Positions 62,752 through 64,000 of a stretch of DNA of 64,000 nucleotides are shown in pieces. The position numbers were made by a program, and so were the translations under genes. Source of the DNA: Camelus dromedarius (taxonomy: Eukaryota); NCBI RefSeq assembly GCF_036321535.1, contig NC_087438.1, forward strand, positions 7,442,001 to 7,506,000, given 5' to 3'. The first letter of the stretch is position 1. Each line of letters begins with the position of its first letter. The notes beneath the pieces were generated by a model. That model had not been told where the DNA came from. It saw nothing but the letters and a program-made list of their open reading frames with translations, and did no database searches.

Positions 62752-63717
62752 CTGTTGGGAGACACGGAAAGTATAGACTCATCAGCCATGAGCAGCTGGG
62801 TGAGCACATGAGCAAGCCCCAAACCCTGCACCCCCTGGCTTCCCTGTGGGGCGGCAGACACCGGGGGCGGGTACCATGGGCAGTGACAGAGTAGGGAACC
62901 AGTCTACAGGTAGCAGCCCATCTCATGGGACTGCGGGGGTCCTCAAGCTCTCTGGGGAACTTAATGGGGCAGTGTGACCCACATACCTTCCAGAAGGGGA
63001 GAAAGCTCACTGTCTCTTCCCCTGAAGCCATGGGATCAGGTCACCATACAACTCACTCAGAGCTGAGTTGGGTGTTGGGTAGCTTTTTTTTTCCTGCTAA
63101 AACTGTTCCTGTGATCTTTTGAATTGGGGGGGCAAGACAGAACCAAATTCAGGGTCTTAAATTCAGATTTGCTGCCACTGCTGCGGGTGGGGCCAGGGCA
63201 CTGGTTGGGGAGGAAACACACAGGGCAGGGGCTGGATGCTGTGAGATAAGCCAGAATCAATCCACTGAGTGTCAGAGACGGTACCTGGCTATTTCTCAGG
63301 AAGGAATTGCCTTCTTGTGTGTGTGTGTATGTGTGTATGTGAAGGGGCTGGAGCCCAGGCCACCCCAGGGCAGGTGAGAGCCATGGTGAGCTCTTGGCTG
63401 AGCCAACTGGCCTGGGGTGACCTTGGACGTGTGTCGGCATTTCCTTTCATCGCATGTAGTAGATGTGCCACCTGTCTGTCTCAGGGTCTCTGGACGGCTG
63501 TGATGAGCTGTCCCCCAAAACAGCATTTTCTGTACACGTCATATGCTAAGGGCTTGAGTGGGCTGTGAGCCGCAGAGCTGTGGATGGAATAAGTGTGCTA
63601 CTCCCAAAACGGGGGTTTGCTGAGGGGAGGTCTGTAGTTGCAAAAAAATGCTCGGTCTCGCCAGAAGGCGGGGCTCTTGAAAGACAAAGAGTGTGACCAA
63701 AACTCATGAGTTTAGTC

Positions 63718-64000
63718 CAGGGGTCAGCAACTCTTTTCTGTAATGGGCCAGGGAGTAAACGTTTTAGGCTTTTCAGGTCATTACTCTTTGCTCAACTATT
63801 GGGTTCCGCCAGTACACCCTGAAAGCGGCCACAGATGCTACATCCATGAACGGCATGGCTGTGTGCCACGAAAACCCTATTCACGGACACTGAAATGTGA
63901 ATTTCATGTAATTTTCACATATCATTCCATATAAGTCTTATTTCAAAATTTTCAACCCTTTAAAAATGTAAAAACATTCTCAGCTCACTATCACCCAGAA
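63718..64000 (+). mobile_element. MER58B-like hAT element in a DAP intron (runs off the window)
   Basis: CAGGGGTCAGCAAC..TTTTCTGTAATGGGCCAG...ACACTGAAATGTGAATTTCATGTAATTTTCAC. Confidence 0.75.

Noticed and set aside
1..64000. Prokaryotic-type systems (CRISPR arrays, operons, defence islands) or horizontally acquired DNA
   Set aside because: No regularly spaced repeat-spacer array, gene-dense segment or compositional island was seen; the content fits mammalian exons, introns and transposons.

Overview
Mammalian genomic DNA, most likely from a camelid (five copies of a tRNA-derived SINE resembling camelid Vic-1). The window holds the 3' ends of two convergent genes. On the + strand are the last three coding exons of ANKRD33B (15826-15955, 31265-31405, 39561-40390; GT-AG junctions, continuous reading frame) and a probable ~6 kb 3'UTR; exon 1 lies upstream of the window. 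On the - strand is the terminal coding exon of DAP (death-associated protein 1; 62751-62638) with a ~1.7 kb 3'UTR and AATAAA at 60935-60930. The supplied ORF track misses this exon in its true frame. The rest is intron and intergenic DNA rich in SINEs, L1/L2 fragments, ERV1/ERVL/MaLR solo LTRs, MER DNA transposons and microsatellites. I found no convincing new biological system. The best leads are modest: a candidate UG-repeat poison exon, a SINE with a TSD-bounded 3' extension, mosaic antisense LTRs around exon 2, a ~60 bp local templated duplication, an open alternative frame in the DAP last exon, clustered miR-17 seed sites and PKA/calcineurin-type motifs in ANKRD33B. Repeat family names are recognised by eye and their boundaries are approximate.
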